Shown piece by piece: positions 52,571 to 64,000 of a stretch of DNA of 64,000 bases. Position 1 is the stretch's first letter. The number at the start of each line of letters is the position of its first letter. The translations under genes were made by a program, and so were the position numbers. Location of the stretch: positions 4,141-68,140 of the forward strand of contig VMFR01000005.1 of NCBI GenBank assembly GCA_007376135.1, in the 5' to 3' direction. The notes below the pieces were generated by a model. It saw nothing but the letters and a program-made list of their open reading frames with translations, made no database searches and was not told the origin of the DNA. This DNA is from Parcubacteria group bacterium Gr01-1014_31 (lineage in GTDB: Bacteria; Patescibacteriota; Patescibacteriia; Buchananbacterales; GWA2-38-13).

Positions 52571-53230
52571 ATGCGCCTTTCACGGACGGAATGGTTGACT
52601 CTGGGCTTGATCGGGCTCACGTTTGTCGCCGGCGCCCTGGTATTCCCGTGGCTGCCGGCGCGGGTTGCCGCGCATTGGAACTTCTCCGGCGCGGTGGACG
52701 GTTACACCTCGCGTTTTTGGGGAGCATTTTTAGTACCGCTCATCGGCCTGGGGTTATGGGCGCTGTTCGTCTTCCTGCCGCGCGTCGACCCGCAAAAACG
52801 CAACATCGAACAATTCCGCCACACCTTTGACGCGTTCATCGCCCTCATCTTCATCTTTCTCGCCTACATCTACCTCTTGACGCTGGGTTGGAACTTCGGC
52901 ACGCGAGGGGAGATCGGCCAGTGGCTTTCCCCGGCCTTTGCCCTGCTGATGTTCGGCATCAGTGAGTTGGTCACGAATGCTCAGCCGAATTGGAGTGTGG
53001 GCATCCGCACGCCCTGGACCTTGAGCAGCCCGACCGTCTGGAAAAAAACGCACCGCCTCGGCGCGGTGCTCTACAAGGTTTGCGGCGGACTGGCGCTGCT
53101 GGGCGCGCTGTTGCCTAGCGTCGCGTTCTTTTTCGTTCTCGTGCCCGTCGTCAGCGTGAGCATCATACTGTTCGCGTACTCCTTCTTCGCCTATCGCGCC
53201 GAGCAGTCCGGGACGGCGCGGCCGCGCTAG
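52571..53230 (+). CDS. SdpI / DUF1648 family membrane protein
   Basis: LPARVAAHWN..G.VDGY, PNWSVGIRTPWTLSS..VWKKTHR. Confidence 0.9.
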   Translation: MRLSRTEWLTLGLIGLTFVAGALVFPWLPARVAAHWNFSGAVDGYTSRFWGAFLVPLIGLGLWALFVFLPRVDPQKRNIEQFRHTFDAFIALIFIFLAYIYLLTLGWNFGTRGEIGQWLSPAFALLMFGISELVTNAQPNWSVGIRTPWTLSSPTVWKKTHRLGAVLYKVCGGLALLGALLPSVAFFFVLVPVVSVSIILFAYSFFAYRAEQSGTARPR

Positions 53231-53239
53231 CACGCTCGT

Positions 53240-54742
53240 ATGCGGATGATCCCGGCCACCATGGCCACGCAGCACCCGGACAACGCGGGACCTCCGTACT
53301 GGGAACGTGACAGCGACGGATTCGTCTCCACGGGCGAAGAGATCGAGGAGTGCCTATCGGCATTCCGCGACCTGGGTTGCCAGGAATTCATGTGGGACTG
53401 GGAGGGCAAGCACGTCGACGAGGCGGTCGTCGATAAGCTCTTCCATGCCCACCTCGCCTTTTTTAAAAAACGCCAGTTGGGCCGTGACGTATTTTTGACC
53501 TTCCGCATCCCCAACATCTGGCACGAGCGCGGCTACAGTTTGGCGCGCGCGATGATGGGCATCCATACGGCGGAAAGTTTTGCCCGCGACCTGGGCCTCC
53601 ATACGCCGCCGCTGTTCGAGGTCATCTTGCCGATGACCAAAAAGGCATCCGACATCATTACCATTCAAAGAACCTTCAGCCGCCTGTCGCGCTTTACCAG
53701 CAGGCTCTTCCGCGAACCGTGCCATTTCCACTACCTCAACGTACTGCCCCTGCTGGAGGGTGTTGATGACCTACTGTCCGCACCGCGGCTGCTTGAGCGC
53801 TACCTGGTGCTGCACCGCCGCGAGTTCGGAAAAAAACCCTCTTCGCTTCGACTCCACATCGCGCGCAGCGACCCGGCGCTCAACGCCGGGCTGGTGCCGG
53901 CGGTCGTGGCAGGCAAAGTGGCGCTCCATCATTACTATCGGTTCGGCCGCCGCCACAACATCGCGATCTATCCGGCGCTCGGAGCCGGCACGCTGCCCTT
54001 CCGTGGCGGTTTGTCGCCCCTGCGCATCAACGATTTTATCCGCGAGTACGGCGGGGTGCGCACCGTCTACATTCAGTCGGCGTTTCGTTACGACTTCCCC
54101 TTGCCGACGGTCATTCGGGCGATCCAACGGCTGAACCGCGAACTGCCGCGCACCGAGCCGCCGCACTACTCCCACGCCCAGATCGCAACGGCGGCGCAGC
54201 TCTGCCGTCAATTCACTGCGCCCTACCGCCGGACCGTGGAAGCGATCGCGCCCATGGTCAACCGCGTCGCCCAGCATGTCCCCAGCCGACGCGAACGGAA
54301 ACTGCACATCGGACTGTTCGGCTACTCGCGCACGATGGGGAAGGTGCGGCTACCGCGGGCCATTCCCTTCACCGCAGCGCTCTACTCCCTTGGGGTTCCG
54401 CCGGAACTGATCGGCACGGGTCGCGGGCTGCGGCTTTGGGGACGCGCAAACAGCGGCGTGGAAACCTACTACCGTAACTTCCGCCGCGATCTGGTGCTGG
54501 CCGGCCGCTCCCTTAACAAGGACAACCTGGCGCGGTTGAGCGCGCTGCATCGCGGTTGGCGAGCCGTTGCGGACGATGTTGCCGCCATCGAATCCTTTCT
54601 GGGCCTGGAACTGGGGCCCAAAACCCGCGCCGACGAGGTCCACCACACCCTGACGACCGACGTATTGCGAAACTGGTCGACGGGCGCGGAGGTCGCCGAC
54701 CTCATCATCCAGTCGGGCAAGATCCGTCACAGCCTCGGGTAA
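53240..54742 (+). CDS. ppcA: Archaeal-type phosphoenolpyruvate carboxylase
   Basis: IPATMATQHPDNA, MWDWEGK, FEVILPMT, ARSDPALNAG, G.LPFRG, QSAFRYD, LPRAI.FT..LYSLGVPPELIG; 500 aa. Confidence 0.92.
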   Translation: MRMIPATMATQHPDNAGPPYWERDSDGFVSTGEEIEECLSAFRDLGCQEFMWDWEGKHVDEAVVDKLFHAHLAFFKKRQLGRDVFLTFRIPNIWHERGYSLARAMMGIHTAESFARDLGLHTPPLFEVILPMTKKASDIITIQRTFSRLSRFTSRLFREPCHFHYLNVLPLLEGVDDLLSAPRLLERYLVLHRREFGKKPSSLRLHIARSDPALNAGLVPAVVAGKVALHHYYRFGRRHNIAIYPALGAGTLPFRGGLSPLRINDFIREYGGVRTVYIQSAFRYDFPLPTVIRAIQRLNRELPRTEPPHYSHAQIATAAQLCRQFTAPYRRTVEAIAPMVNRVAQHVPSRRERKLHIGLFGYSRTMGKVRLPRAIPFTAALYSLGVPPELIGTGRGLRLWGRANSGVETYYRNFRRDLVLAGRSLNKDNLARLSALHRGWRAVADDVAAIESFLGLELGPKTRADEVHHTLTTDVLRNWSTGAEVADLIIQSGKIRHSLG

Positions 54743-54746
54743 CGGT

Positions 54747-55364
54747 ATGCGCTTCATTGACCTGACCCGGCCGCTGGGCGCGACCGTACCGGTGTTTCCC
54801 GGCGATCCCCCGGCCATTCTGGAATGCATCGCGACGGTCAGGGAACACGGCTTCGCGAGCCATCGCATTGCCGCGAGCGTGCACACCGGTACCCACATTG
54901 ATGCGCCCGCCCACATGCAGGAAGGCGGAAAACTTTTGTCCGACATCGGTGTGGAACGGTACTTTGGACGCGGCGTGCTGGTGGATGCGCGCGGCACGAC
55001 CGCGGTAACGGCCACTGCGCTGAAAAACATCGAGTTACGGCGCGGAGACATCGTGCTGGTGCTGACCGGATGGTCGGCGCAGTACGGCAGTAAGCGGTAC
55101 TATGCCGATTACCCGGAGATCGCACCGAGCTTTGCTCAGCTGCTGGCCGACGCGCACGTCAGCCTCGTGGGCATGGATACGCCCAGCCCCGACCGTCCGC
55201 ACTACCTGGTCCACAAACTGCTGCTGAGCCGCGATGTGCTTATCATTGAAAATCTCACCCGCCTGGAGGAACTGCAGGAGGCAAAGGAATTTGAAGTGAC
55301 GGCGCTCCCTGCCTACTGGGAAGCCGACGCAGCGCCCATCCGCGTGGTGGCGCGCATCCCGTAA
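54747..55364 (+). CDS. Cyclase family protein (kynurenine formamidase-like)
   Basis: IDLT, PVFPGDP, HTGTHIDAPAH, GMDTPSPD, IIENL. Confidence 0.9.
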   Translation: MRFIDLTRPLGATVPVFPGDPPAILECIATVREHGFASHRIAASVHTGTHIDAPAHMQEGGKLLSDIGVERYFGRGVLVDARGTTAVTATALKNIELRRGDIVLVLTGWSAQYGSKRYYADYPEIAPSFAQLLADAHVSLVGMDTPSPDRPHYLVHKLLLSRDVLIIENLTRLEELQEAKEFEVTALPAYWEADAAPIRVVARIP

Positions 55365-55373
55365 CCAAAGACT

Positions 55374-55952
55374 ATGATCAACCGCACTATCAAATTGCTC
55401 ATTTTCTCGGACATATTTTTCGTCACCGGATTCGGACTGATTGAACCGATCCTCGCGATCTTCGTCAAAGAGAACCTTGCGGGCGGGACGGTATTTGCCG
55501 CCGGTATCGCCACCATGCTGTTCCTGGTCACGAAATCCGCCATCCAACTGCCGTTCTCCCGCTACGTGGACCGCCACGAGCACAAGGTCCGCTGGCTGAT
55601 CGTCGGGTCATTCATCATCGCGACGGTGCCCTTTCTCTATATCCTCGCGCGCGATGTTTCCATCATCTATCTGGCGCAGATCCTCTACGGTATCGGCAGC
55701 GGCTTGGCGTACCCGACGTGGCTGGGGCTGTGGAGCACCAATCTGGATAAACGCCAGGAAAGTTTTGAGTGGAGTCTATACTCGACGCTGACGGGTTTTG
55801 GCACGGCGGCAACGGCAGTGGTCGGCGCGGCGATCGCCCAATTCATCGGCTTCACCTACACGTTCGTGCTGGTTGGCATTATGGCGCTGGCCGGCTGCCT
55901 GGTCCTCTTCACGCTGGAGGAACAAGCCGCACACCGCGCGCGCCGGCGCTAA
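55374..55952 (+). CDS. Half-size (6-TM) MFS-type membrane protein
   Basis: 192 aa, six hydrophobic segments, motif-A-like QLPFSRYVDR, AQILYGIGSG. Confidence 0.75.
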   Translation: MINRTIKLLIFSDIFFVTGFGLIEPILAIFVKENLAGGTVFAAGIATMLFLVTKSAIQLPFSRYVDRHEHKVRWLIVGSFIIATVPFLYILARDVSIIYLAQILYGIGSGLAYPTWLGLWSTNLDKRQESFEWSLYSTLTGFGTAATAVVGAAIAQFIGFTYTFVLVGIMALAGCLVLFTLEEQAAHRARRR

Positions 55953-55964
55953 TTTGACGCCGGT

Positions 55965-56528
55965 ATGGCCCGCATTCCTTCCGTCGAACATGTCGTGCTC
56001 ATCGACGACAACGACCAGGTGCTCGGCGTCGCGCCGAAAGCGACCGTGCACGGTTCAACCACCCCGCTGCACCGCGGATTTTCTCTGTTCCTGTTCAACC
56101 GCGCGGGCGAACTGCTCCTGCAGCAACGCGCGCTGCACAAGCTGACCTGGCCGGGCGCGTGGTCCAACTCCGTGTGCGGACATCCTGCCGCGGATGAAAC
56201 GGCATCGCAAGCCGCCGTCCGGCGCACGCGGGAAGAACTCGGACTCACGCTGCAGGACGCCCTTCAGATCGCGCCTTACCGGTACCGTTTCCGCCGCCAA
56301 GGCGTGGAGGAAAATGAGATCTGTCCGCTGGTCGTCGCCACCACCCGCCAAACGCCATCGCCGAACCCCGAAGAAGTGGCGGCGATCCGCTGGGTCGGAT
56401 GGAACGATTTTCTCAGAGAAGTGCGTGAAAATCCTGGACGCTATTCGGAATGGTGTGAAGAGGAGATCGTGGTGCTGGATGAAAGCCCGGCCTTCCGCGA
56501 CTGGTACCTCCAACGGTTCGGGAAATAG
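55965..56528 (+). CDS. idi: Isopentenyl-diphosphate delta-isomerase, type 1
   Basis: EHVVL.D, LHRGFSLFLFN, LLLQQRA..K.TWPG.WSNSVCGHP, ENEICP, YSEW. Confidence 0.93.
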   Translation: MARIPSVEHVVLIDDNDQVLGVAPKATVHGSTTPLHRGFSLFLFNRAGELLLQQRALHKLTWPGAWSNSVCGHPAADETASQAAVRRTREELGLTLQDALQIAPYRYRFRRQGVEENEICPLVVATTRQTPSPNPEEVAAIRWVGWNDFLREVRENPGRYSEWCEEEIVVLDESPAFRDWYLQRFGK

Positions 56529-56537
56529 CCTGACGAC

Positions 56538-56578
56538 AAAAAAGATCCCCCCCCCCCCCGTTTCAGCGGGGATCTTTT
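56538..56578. terminator. Bidirectional terminator with poly-C arm
   Basis: AAAAGATCCCC...GGGGATCTTTT between convergent idi and gatA. Confidence 0.55.
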
Positions 56579-58081
56579 CTAGACCGGCCGCGCCGGTATG
56601 CCGGTCGGCGCGATCTTGAAATGCAACGTTTTTTCCAGCTGATGACCGACGCGCAGCAACAACGCTTCATCGAACGACTTACCGATGAGCTGCAGTCCGA
56701 CCGGGAGTTTCGCGCTCGCATCATCAGGCGCGGGAGCCAACCCGCACGGCAGCGACAACCCCGGCACGCCGGCAACGTTGGCCGCAACGGTATACACGTC
56801 CGAGAGGTACATGGCCAGCGGATCGTTGGCGCGCGCGCCGATCTTGAACGCGACGGTCGGCGAGGTCGGCGTCACCAGGCAATCCACCTGCTGAAAGGCG
56901 CGCTCAAAATCCTGCCGAACCAAGGTGCGCACCTGCTGGGCTTTACGGTAGTACGCGTCATAGTAACCGGCCGAAAGCGCGTAGGTGCCCAGCATCACGC
57001 GCCGCCGTATCTCGGGACCCAACCCCTCGCCGCGCGTCTGCCCGTACTGGGCGATCAGGGTATCTTGCTCGCGCCGCGACAACCCGAAACGCACGCCATC
57101 GTAACGGGCTAAATTGGATGACAACTCGGCCGGCACGATGACGTAGTACACGGCCAGCGCATAGTCGGTATGCGGCAAACTGAGGTCGTACACCAGCGTC
57201 GCCCCCAGGCGTTCCAGCTGCTTGAGCGCCGCTTCAAAACTTTCCTTGACGCCAGGCTCAACGCCGGCAACCGTGTGCTCTGAAAAATATTCCTTCGGGA
57301 CGCCGATCTTCATCCCCTTCATGGGGCGCTCGAGATCGGCGGAAAAATCCGGTACGGTCCGGGGAGAAGTGGTGGCATCCAGCGGGTCCTGGCCGGCGAT
57401 CGCCTGCAGTACCGCGGCCGCATCGCCGACGCTGCGCGCAAAAGGCCCGATCTGGTCCAACGACGACGCCATGGCCAGTAATCCGTACCGCGAAACCCGC
57501 CCGTACGTCGGCTTCAGACCGACCACGCCGCAGAGACTGGCGGGCTGGCGGATAGAGCCGCCCGTATCGGAACCGAGCGCCACGCAGGCCTCGCCGGCCG
57601 CAACCGCGGCCGCCGAACCGCCACTGGAACCCCCGGGTACCCGGGTCACATCCCAAGGATTTTTCGTGGGGCCGAATGCCGAATGCTCCGTCGATGAGCC
57701 GCACGCGAATTCATCCAGATTGGTCTTCCCCAGCACGACCGCGCCGGCCTGCTGGAGGCGGGTAGCCACCGTCGCGTCGTAGGTGGCAACATAGTCCGCC
57801 AGTATCTTTGAGGCCGCGGTAGTTTTGGTCCCGGTCACGCACAAATTATCCTTCAGGGCGATGGGGATGCCGGCTAACGGATTTGAAAATTCTCCGGACT
57901 TATCATACGCCACGGCCCGCGCGACCGCCTGCTCAGGCGCGACCGAAAGGAACGCATGCAACGCGCCTTCGACCTGGGCGATGCGCGCCAAGTACGCCAC
58001 GGTCAGGTCGCGGCTGGAAAACTCCCGGCTTCGCAGGCCGGCGTTGGTTTCCCTGAGCGTCAGCTCGGTCAAATGGGCCAT
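56579..58081 (-). CDS. gatA: Asp/Glu-tRNA amidotransferase subunit A
   Basis: GKTNLDEFACGSSTE, PGGSSGGSAAAV, GSDTGGSIRQPA, RRVMLGTYALSAGYYDAYY. Confidence 0.97.
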   Translation of the reverse strand: MAHLTELTLRETNAGLRSREFSSRDLTVAYLARIAQVEGALHAFLSVAPEQAVARAVAYDKSGEFSNPLAGIPIALKDNLCVTGTKTTAASKILADYVATYDATVATRLQQAGAVVLGKTNLDEFACGSSTEHSAFGPTKNPWDVTRVPGGSSGGSAAAVAAGEACVALGSDTGGSIRQPASLCGVVGLKPTYGRVSRYGLLAMASSLDQIGPFARSVGDAAAVLQAIAGQDPLDATTSPRTVPDFSADLERPMKGMKIGVPKEYFSEHTVAGVEPGVKESFEAALKQLERLGATLVYDLSLPHTDYALAVYYVIVPAELSSNLARYDGVRFGLSRREQDTLIAQYGQTRGEGLGPEIRRRVMLGTYALSAGYYDAYYRKAQQVRTLVRQDFERAFQQVDCLVTPTSPTVAFKIGARANDPLAMYLSDVYTVAANVAGVPGLSLPCGLAPAPDDASAKLPVGLQLIGKSFDEALLLRVGHQLEKTLHFKIAPTGIPARPV

Positions 58082-58084
58082 AGC

Positions 58085-58381
58085 CTAGGCAAACACGCCG
58101 CGCGTCTGGATGAAATCGCCGGACCGCTCCGGTGCCGCGGTCAGCAGGCGTTCGCGCGTGGCCGCATCGCACCCAGCCACTTGATCGGCCCGCATAACAT
58201 TGCTCAGACCCGTAACTTGGGCGGTTACCGCCACCCCATCGGTCTTCAACTCGCTCAACTTTCCGACATACTGAAGAATGGCGGCAAGCTGCTCCGTGAA
58301 ACGCGTCAGTTCATCGGCCGGCAAGGTCAGCCGCGCCAGCTGCGCTACGTGCTCCACGTCACGACGGGTTATCGTTGGCAT
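58085..58381 (-). CDS. gatC: Asp/Glu-tRNA amidotransferase subunit C
   Basis: DVEHVAQLARL, IL.YV.KL.EL.T, NVMRAD; directly upstream of gatA. Confidence 0.93.
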   Translation of the reverse strand: MPTITRRDVEHVAQLARLTLPADELTRFTEQLAAILQYVGKLSELKTDGVAVTAQVTGLSNVMRADQVAGCDAATRERLLTAAPERSGDFIQTRGVFA

Positions 58382-58420
58382 ACCGAACAATAAAAAATAT
58401 CCTCCAGCGTACGCGATTAC

Positions 58421-60595
<2,175 letters not shown>

Positions 60596-60599
60596 TTAC

Positions 60600-61505
60600 T
60601 TACGGGCACGGCTGGTCGGCCGGCAACGACAGCGGATATTTCTTGTTGATGCCGCACTCGGAGTAAATGACCTGGTCCAGCAGTCCGAGCACCGGGGGAC
60701 GGTTGGGAACCGACACCTTGATCTCCTGGCTGCTGATGAAATTACCCGCGCGGCCGGTCAGCTCGACCCGAGAGGCGACCGGCTGGGTCACGTTGCTATT
60801 CCGCGCCCGGAAGGCGCTGATATTGACGTCTGAACGGATCGCCCGCAATTTCACGACGTAGCTGGCACCCGTGTTTAAACCGGAAAAAGAATTCGCGCTC
60901 GTGCTGTTCAGCGGACAATCGTAGACTTGCTGCAGTGTCGTGCCCTGCATGCCGCCCCACACGTTCGCATCTCCCACCTTGGTTACGGTGACCACGACCG
61001 ACCCTTGCGGATTCGTCCCGCTGGCATCGCGGCAATTGATCTCCAGCTCGTCGACACAGGCGGCCGTGCTCAAGCTGCCCGACACCGTGTCGGAGGCGCA
61101 GCGTCCCGGCAAAGTGGTCTGCGTATCGAAAATATCGATCTGCTCCGACTGGTCCTGTTCAAGTGGCACAAAGGTCAGGGTCGGCGATGTCGGGTACACG
61201 TCGGTCAGCTCGCAGCCCGCGATCGCCGGGCATGACCCGCCGCAATCGCAGTTCGTGCCGACCCCCATCCCCAGCTCGGGCGGCGGAATACGCAGCTTAC
61301 GGGTACGGTAGAGCGCTCGTTCCACGCCGCTCTCCGCCACGTAGTACAGGCGCTGCGACGAGGCGCTCAGCGTTGCCCCACCCAACCCCGCCAGGACGGC
61401 GATCGCCAGGTTCAACGCCGCCGCCAATGCGGCCGTGGTGATCAACAGCGTGAGCAGCAGCTCGGAGCCGCGGCGGGATTTCATGATGCCGGAAACTTGG
61501 AACAT
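60600..61505 (-). CDS. PilX-like minor pilin / pilus assembly protein
   Basis: RRGS followed by a hydrophobic helix without E5, YYVAESGVERAL; last gene of the pilin cluster. Confidence 0.7.
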   Translation of the reverse strand: MFQVSGIMKSRRGSELLLTLLITTAALAAALNLAIAVLAGLGGATLSASSQRLYYVAESGVERALYRTRKLRIPPPELGMGVGTNCDCGGSCPAIAGCELTDVYPTSPTLTFVPLEQDQSEQIDIFDTQTTLPGRCASDTVSGSLSTAACVDELEINCRDASGTNPQGSVVVTVTKVGDANVWGGMQGTTLQQVYDCPLNSTSANSFSGLNTGASYVVKLRAIRSDVNISAFRARNSNVTQPVASRVELTGRAGNFISSQEIKVSVPNRPPVLGLLDQVIYSECGINKKYPLSLPADQPCP

Positions 61506-61530
61506 GGGACAATAGGTGCCGACGGCCGGG

Positions 61531-62418
61531 CTATCGCTTGTACAGGCGCTGCACGATGGTCGACTGGAATGTCAGCCGCGTGCCCGGGTTGTTGGCATCC
61601 TGCACCGTCAGGAAAAACGTGACGGCCGGCTGCACATTCGGCCCAAATGCACACTGGCCTCCGGTCGTCGTCGTACAGGTGGATGAAAAACACGCATCCG
61701 TCCGGTTGACGGCCGTACAGGTGCAGACGGAGCCATTGTAATTTGCACCATCGCGCGGCCCGCAGTCGGCATCGCGCGTCGTTTGAATATCGGTCGCTGG
61801 GTCAATGTCATCCGGGTACGGCTGGAGCGGCTGCGTGAAAAAGAATCCCACATCCACGACATTCAGGCCGGGGATATTGAACAAACGCTCACAAACGGTC
61901 GCCGCCGCTCCCGCGCGCGTGAAGCGATACAACCCGAGCGTGCCGGGAAACAAGGGGTCGCCGTCGTCGTCGGCGCAGAGGTCAAGTACGGTACTGGGGT
62001 CGCGCCGGTTAAAAACGTAGGCGACCACCGTGTCGTTGGTGTTCGTTTCATCGCCGCCGTTGTTGGAGAGCACGAGCTCATGTTCCTGGCGGTAGATATT
62101 GGTATTGGCGTAGGGATTCCCGGCCTCGGCCGCGTTCACATCAACCCGATACAAGGTTTCGGGGGTCGCATCGTTGCTGTAATTGAACGTCCCCCAGTAG
62201 GACAGCTCCAAGATGCGGATCTCGCGCGCCATCTGGTCCATGAGCAGATTGGCTTCGGTGATGATCTTTTGACGCTGCGAGCCGAGCCGTTGGGCCCGCG
62301 AATACGTCAGGTACACGTTCACAACGGTCAACACCACGATGACGAACATGCCGAGCGCCGCCATGGTTTCCAACAACGTGAACCCTTGGGGCTGCGAGTA
62401 TCGCCTACTTCCAGACAT
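61531..62418 (-). CDS. Prepilin-type minor pilin (PilW-like)
   Basis: QGFTLLETMAALGMF, MDQMAREIR; ATG 62418. Confidence 0.85.
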   Translation of the reverse strand: MSGSRRYSQPQGFTLLETMAALGMFVIVVLTVVNVYLTYSRAQRLGSQRQKIITEANLLMDQMAREIRILELSYWGTFNYSNDATPETLYRVDVNAAEAGNPYANTNIYRQEHELVLSNNGGDETNTNDTVVAYVFNRRDPSTVLDLCADDDGDPLFPGTLGLYRFTRAGAAATVCERLFNIPGLNVVDVGFFFTQPLQPYPDDIDPATDIQTTRDADCGPRDGANYNGSVCTCTAVNRTDACFSSTCTTTTGGQCAFGPNVQPAVTFFLTVQDANNPGTRLTFQSTIVQRLYKR

Positions 62419-63097
62419 AGAGATAATCCTCCAGGATAACGCAGCCGTTGGCACTGCCGGAGCAGCTCCGCCCGGGGTAATTGACCCGGGCGCGGATGAC
62501 ATGTCCAGCGAACTGCGTATACTGGGCAGCGCAACTCCCCGGGCAGCTGGCCCCGGTCGTGGTGACGCACTCCGCATTGGTGTCGGGCCGGACGCAGATG
62601 AGAGAAATATCCAACCGGCGGCGGTAACGGGTACCGGTGCCCGCCGGGCAACCCGCCTGCTGCTGGAAGTACATATTATTCTGAAGGCACAGCTGGGTGC
62701 CGGTATTCGTGAAGCTGGCGTTCGCACTGTTGAAGTTCAACGTCCACGAACCTGAGGTCGTATTCATTTCCACGGTCGCGTCCTGGTCGGCGGTGGGCGG
62801 CGTGGGCTGGGGCAAAGGATACGGCAGCGTGGTGTACGACGGCGGCGTACAGTCGGAACAGCCCACCTCATACGAACCGCGCAACATCCCGTTATCGCGC
62901 AACCACCGTGCCACTTCGATACCCTCGCGTGCCAGGTTATTGGCCACTGCCGTCTCTTCGGAAGAACGCTGGCCGCGCAACGACATGACCACAAGCGTCG
63001 CGATCGAAGTCAGCGCCATGAGAATAATAAACACGGCCACCGTCAGCTCTGCCAGACTTTGGCCGTGTCGTTGGCGGAAAAAATATCCCGCGCCCAT
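62405..63097 (-). CDS. Prepilin-type minor pilin (PilV-like)
   Basis: HGQSLAELTVAVFII, ANNLAREGIEVAR..RD; ATG 63097. Confidence 0.82.
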   Translation of the reverse strand: MGAGYFFRQRHGQSLAELTVAVFIILMALTSIATLVVMSLRGQRSSEETAVANNLAREGIEVARWLRDNGMLRGSYEVGCSDCTPPSYTTLPYPLPQPTPPTADQDATVEMNTTSGSWTLNFNSANASFTNTGTQLCLQNNMYFQQQAGCPAGTGTRYRRRLDISLICVRPDTNAECVTTTGASCPGSCAAQYTQFAGHVIRARVNYPGRSCSGSANGCVILEDYLYVWK

Positions 63098-63101
63098 GAC
63101 G

Positions 63102-63800
63102 CTAACGTTCCTGAATGCCGCCGCCGCCCGTGTTGAAGATGAGCTGCACACTGGACCCGCTGACGGTCGGGCCGAACGTCACGATATTGCGCAGCCGCGC
63201 GGAACCAGTGTAGCCGCCGCAGTTGGTGAGTTCGCCACGGAGCGTGGCGCTGCCGCTGTACGGCGCGAACACCACCGAACCCCAGGTCTCATTTTGGTCA
63301 GCGCACCCGACCATACCCACCGTCAACGGGCTGGTCTGCATCGGCGACTCCACCGTTTTCACACCGTTCTGTAAGACTTCATCCGCATCGTAGGCGCTGT
63401 CCCCGTCAACGTCGGCAAATACCTGGTACGTACAGGGCGGGGTCGTACAGCTTTGGAACCGGAGGCCGAACCCCCCCTTCGGCACTTTGTCCGTGCACGT
63501 GCCCGCACAAGATCCGCTGGGCGTACACACACTGACGTCGCTGGAACCGACGACGCAAACGGAAGCGGTCTTTCCCGAAAGCCCGAGCTGATGTACGAAA
63601 CGGGCATCAGCAACGACCACGTCGCGAACCCGCCGCAAGGTCTGTACTTTCGTGCGGCCGCGGAATGCCGCGATACTGGCGCCGGCAATGACTACGGTAA
63701 TGAGCAGACCGACCCACACCTCCACCAAGGTGAACCCGGAGGGCCAGCGACGTTTTCCGTGAACACCCCCGGCTGCTGTTGGAGTTCGAATTTCCGCCAT
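63102..63800 (-). CDS. Prepilin-type minor pilin (FimT-like)
   Basis: SGFTLVEVWVGLLITVVI, YQVFADVDGD..YD..E; ATG 63800. Confidence 0.8.
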   Translation of the reverse strand: MAEIRTPTAAGGVHGKRRWPSGFTLVEVWVGLLITVVIAGASIAAFRGRTKVQTLRRVRDVVVADARFVHQLGLSGKTASVCVVGSSDVSVCTPSGSCAGTCTDKVPKGGFGLRFQSCTTPPCTYQVFADVDGDSAYDADEVLQNGVKTVESPMQTSPLTVGMVGCADQNETWGSVVFAPYSGSATLRGELTNCGGYTGSARLRNIVTFGPTVSGSSVQLIFNTGGGGIQER

Positions 63801-63823
63801 AGTGCACTGCCTGCGTTTAATAA

Positions 63824-64000
63824 TTACCAACCGATCTGTCGGACGTACCAAGCGATGATGGGTTCCCCATACAATAACGCGGTGATGCCCCCGGCGGCCA
63901 GGAACGTTCCCAGAGGAAGTTTGCTCCCCAGCCGTTTCATGCCCACTGCCAAGAGCGCGACCCCGACCGCTGCTCCCACGAAATAGGAAAGCATCAGGGC
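63824..64000 (-). CDS. pilD: Prepilin peptidase, C-terminal part (runs off the window end)
   Basis: Manual translation ALMLSYFVGAAVGVALL..GMKRLGSKLPLGTFLAAGGITALLYGEPIIAWY..* matches the typical PilD C-terminus (iPFgpFLa); precedes the pilin genes. Confidence 0.8.
   Translation of the reverse strand, partial: ALMLSYFVGAAVGVALLAVGMKRLGSKLPLGTFLAAGGITALLYGEPIIAWYVRQIGW

Noticed and set aside
56547-56559. Poly-C tract as a phase-variation switch
   Set aside because: It is intergenic, inside a terminator arm between convergent genes, and may be a homopolymer sequencing error.

Overview
GC-rich bacterial chromosome segment. The gene content (rpoD-dnaG, gatA-gatC-ligA, many prepilin-type genes, secreted proteins of unknown function, tRNAs without encoded CCA) suggests a Patescibacteria/CPR (Parcubacteria-like) genome; this is inference. 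Standard code 11 fits. Main blocks: (i) 1-15.5 kb mixed accessory and housekeeping genes (aspartokinase 5' part, ECF sigma, serine hydrolase, msrA/msrB, FN3-repeat surface protein, PIF1 helicase, tRNA-Arg); (ii) an AT-richer defence island at about 15.7-22.5 kb (DCD-domain nuclease, MmeI-like type IIL RM enzyme, Dam-ParB-PRTase operon); (iii) secreted proteins including an orphan Hcp with a signal peptide; (iv) a reduced group 3-like [NiFe]-hydrogenase locus with nickel-handling genes (36-45 kb); (v) a small AT-rich islet beside tRNA-Asn; (vi) core genes, an archaeal-type PEP carboxylase and a minor pilin cluster. The best candidates for undescribed systems are the Dam-ParB-PRTase cassette bounded by a 27-bp repeated promoter-like sequence, a 284-bp inverted-repeat-bounded GIY-YIG mini-element with related empty hairpins nested in a recurring palindrome, and the exported Hcp. 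All family assignments come from motif recognition by eye, with no database searches.
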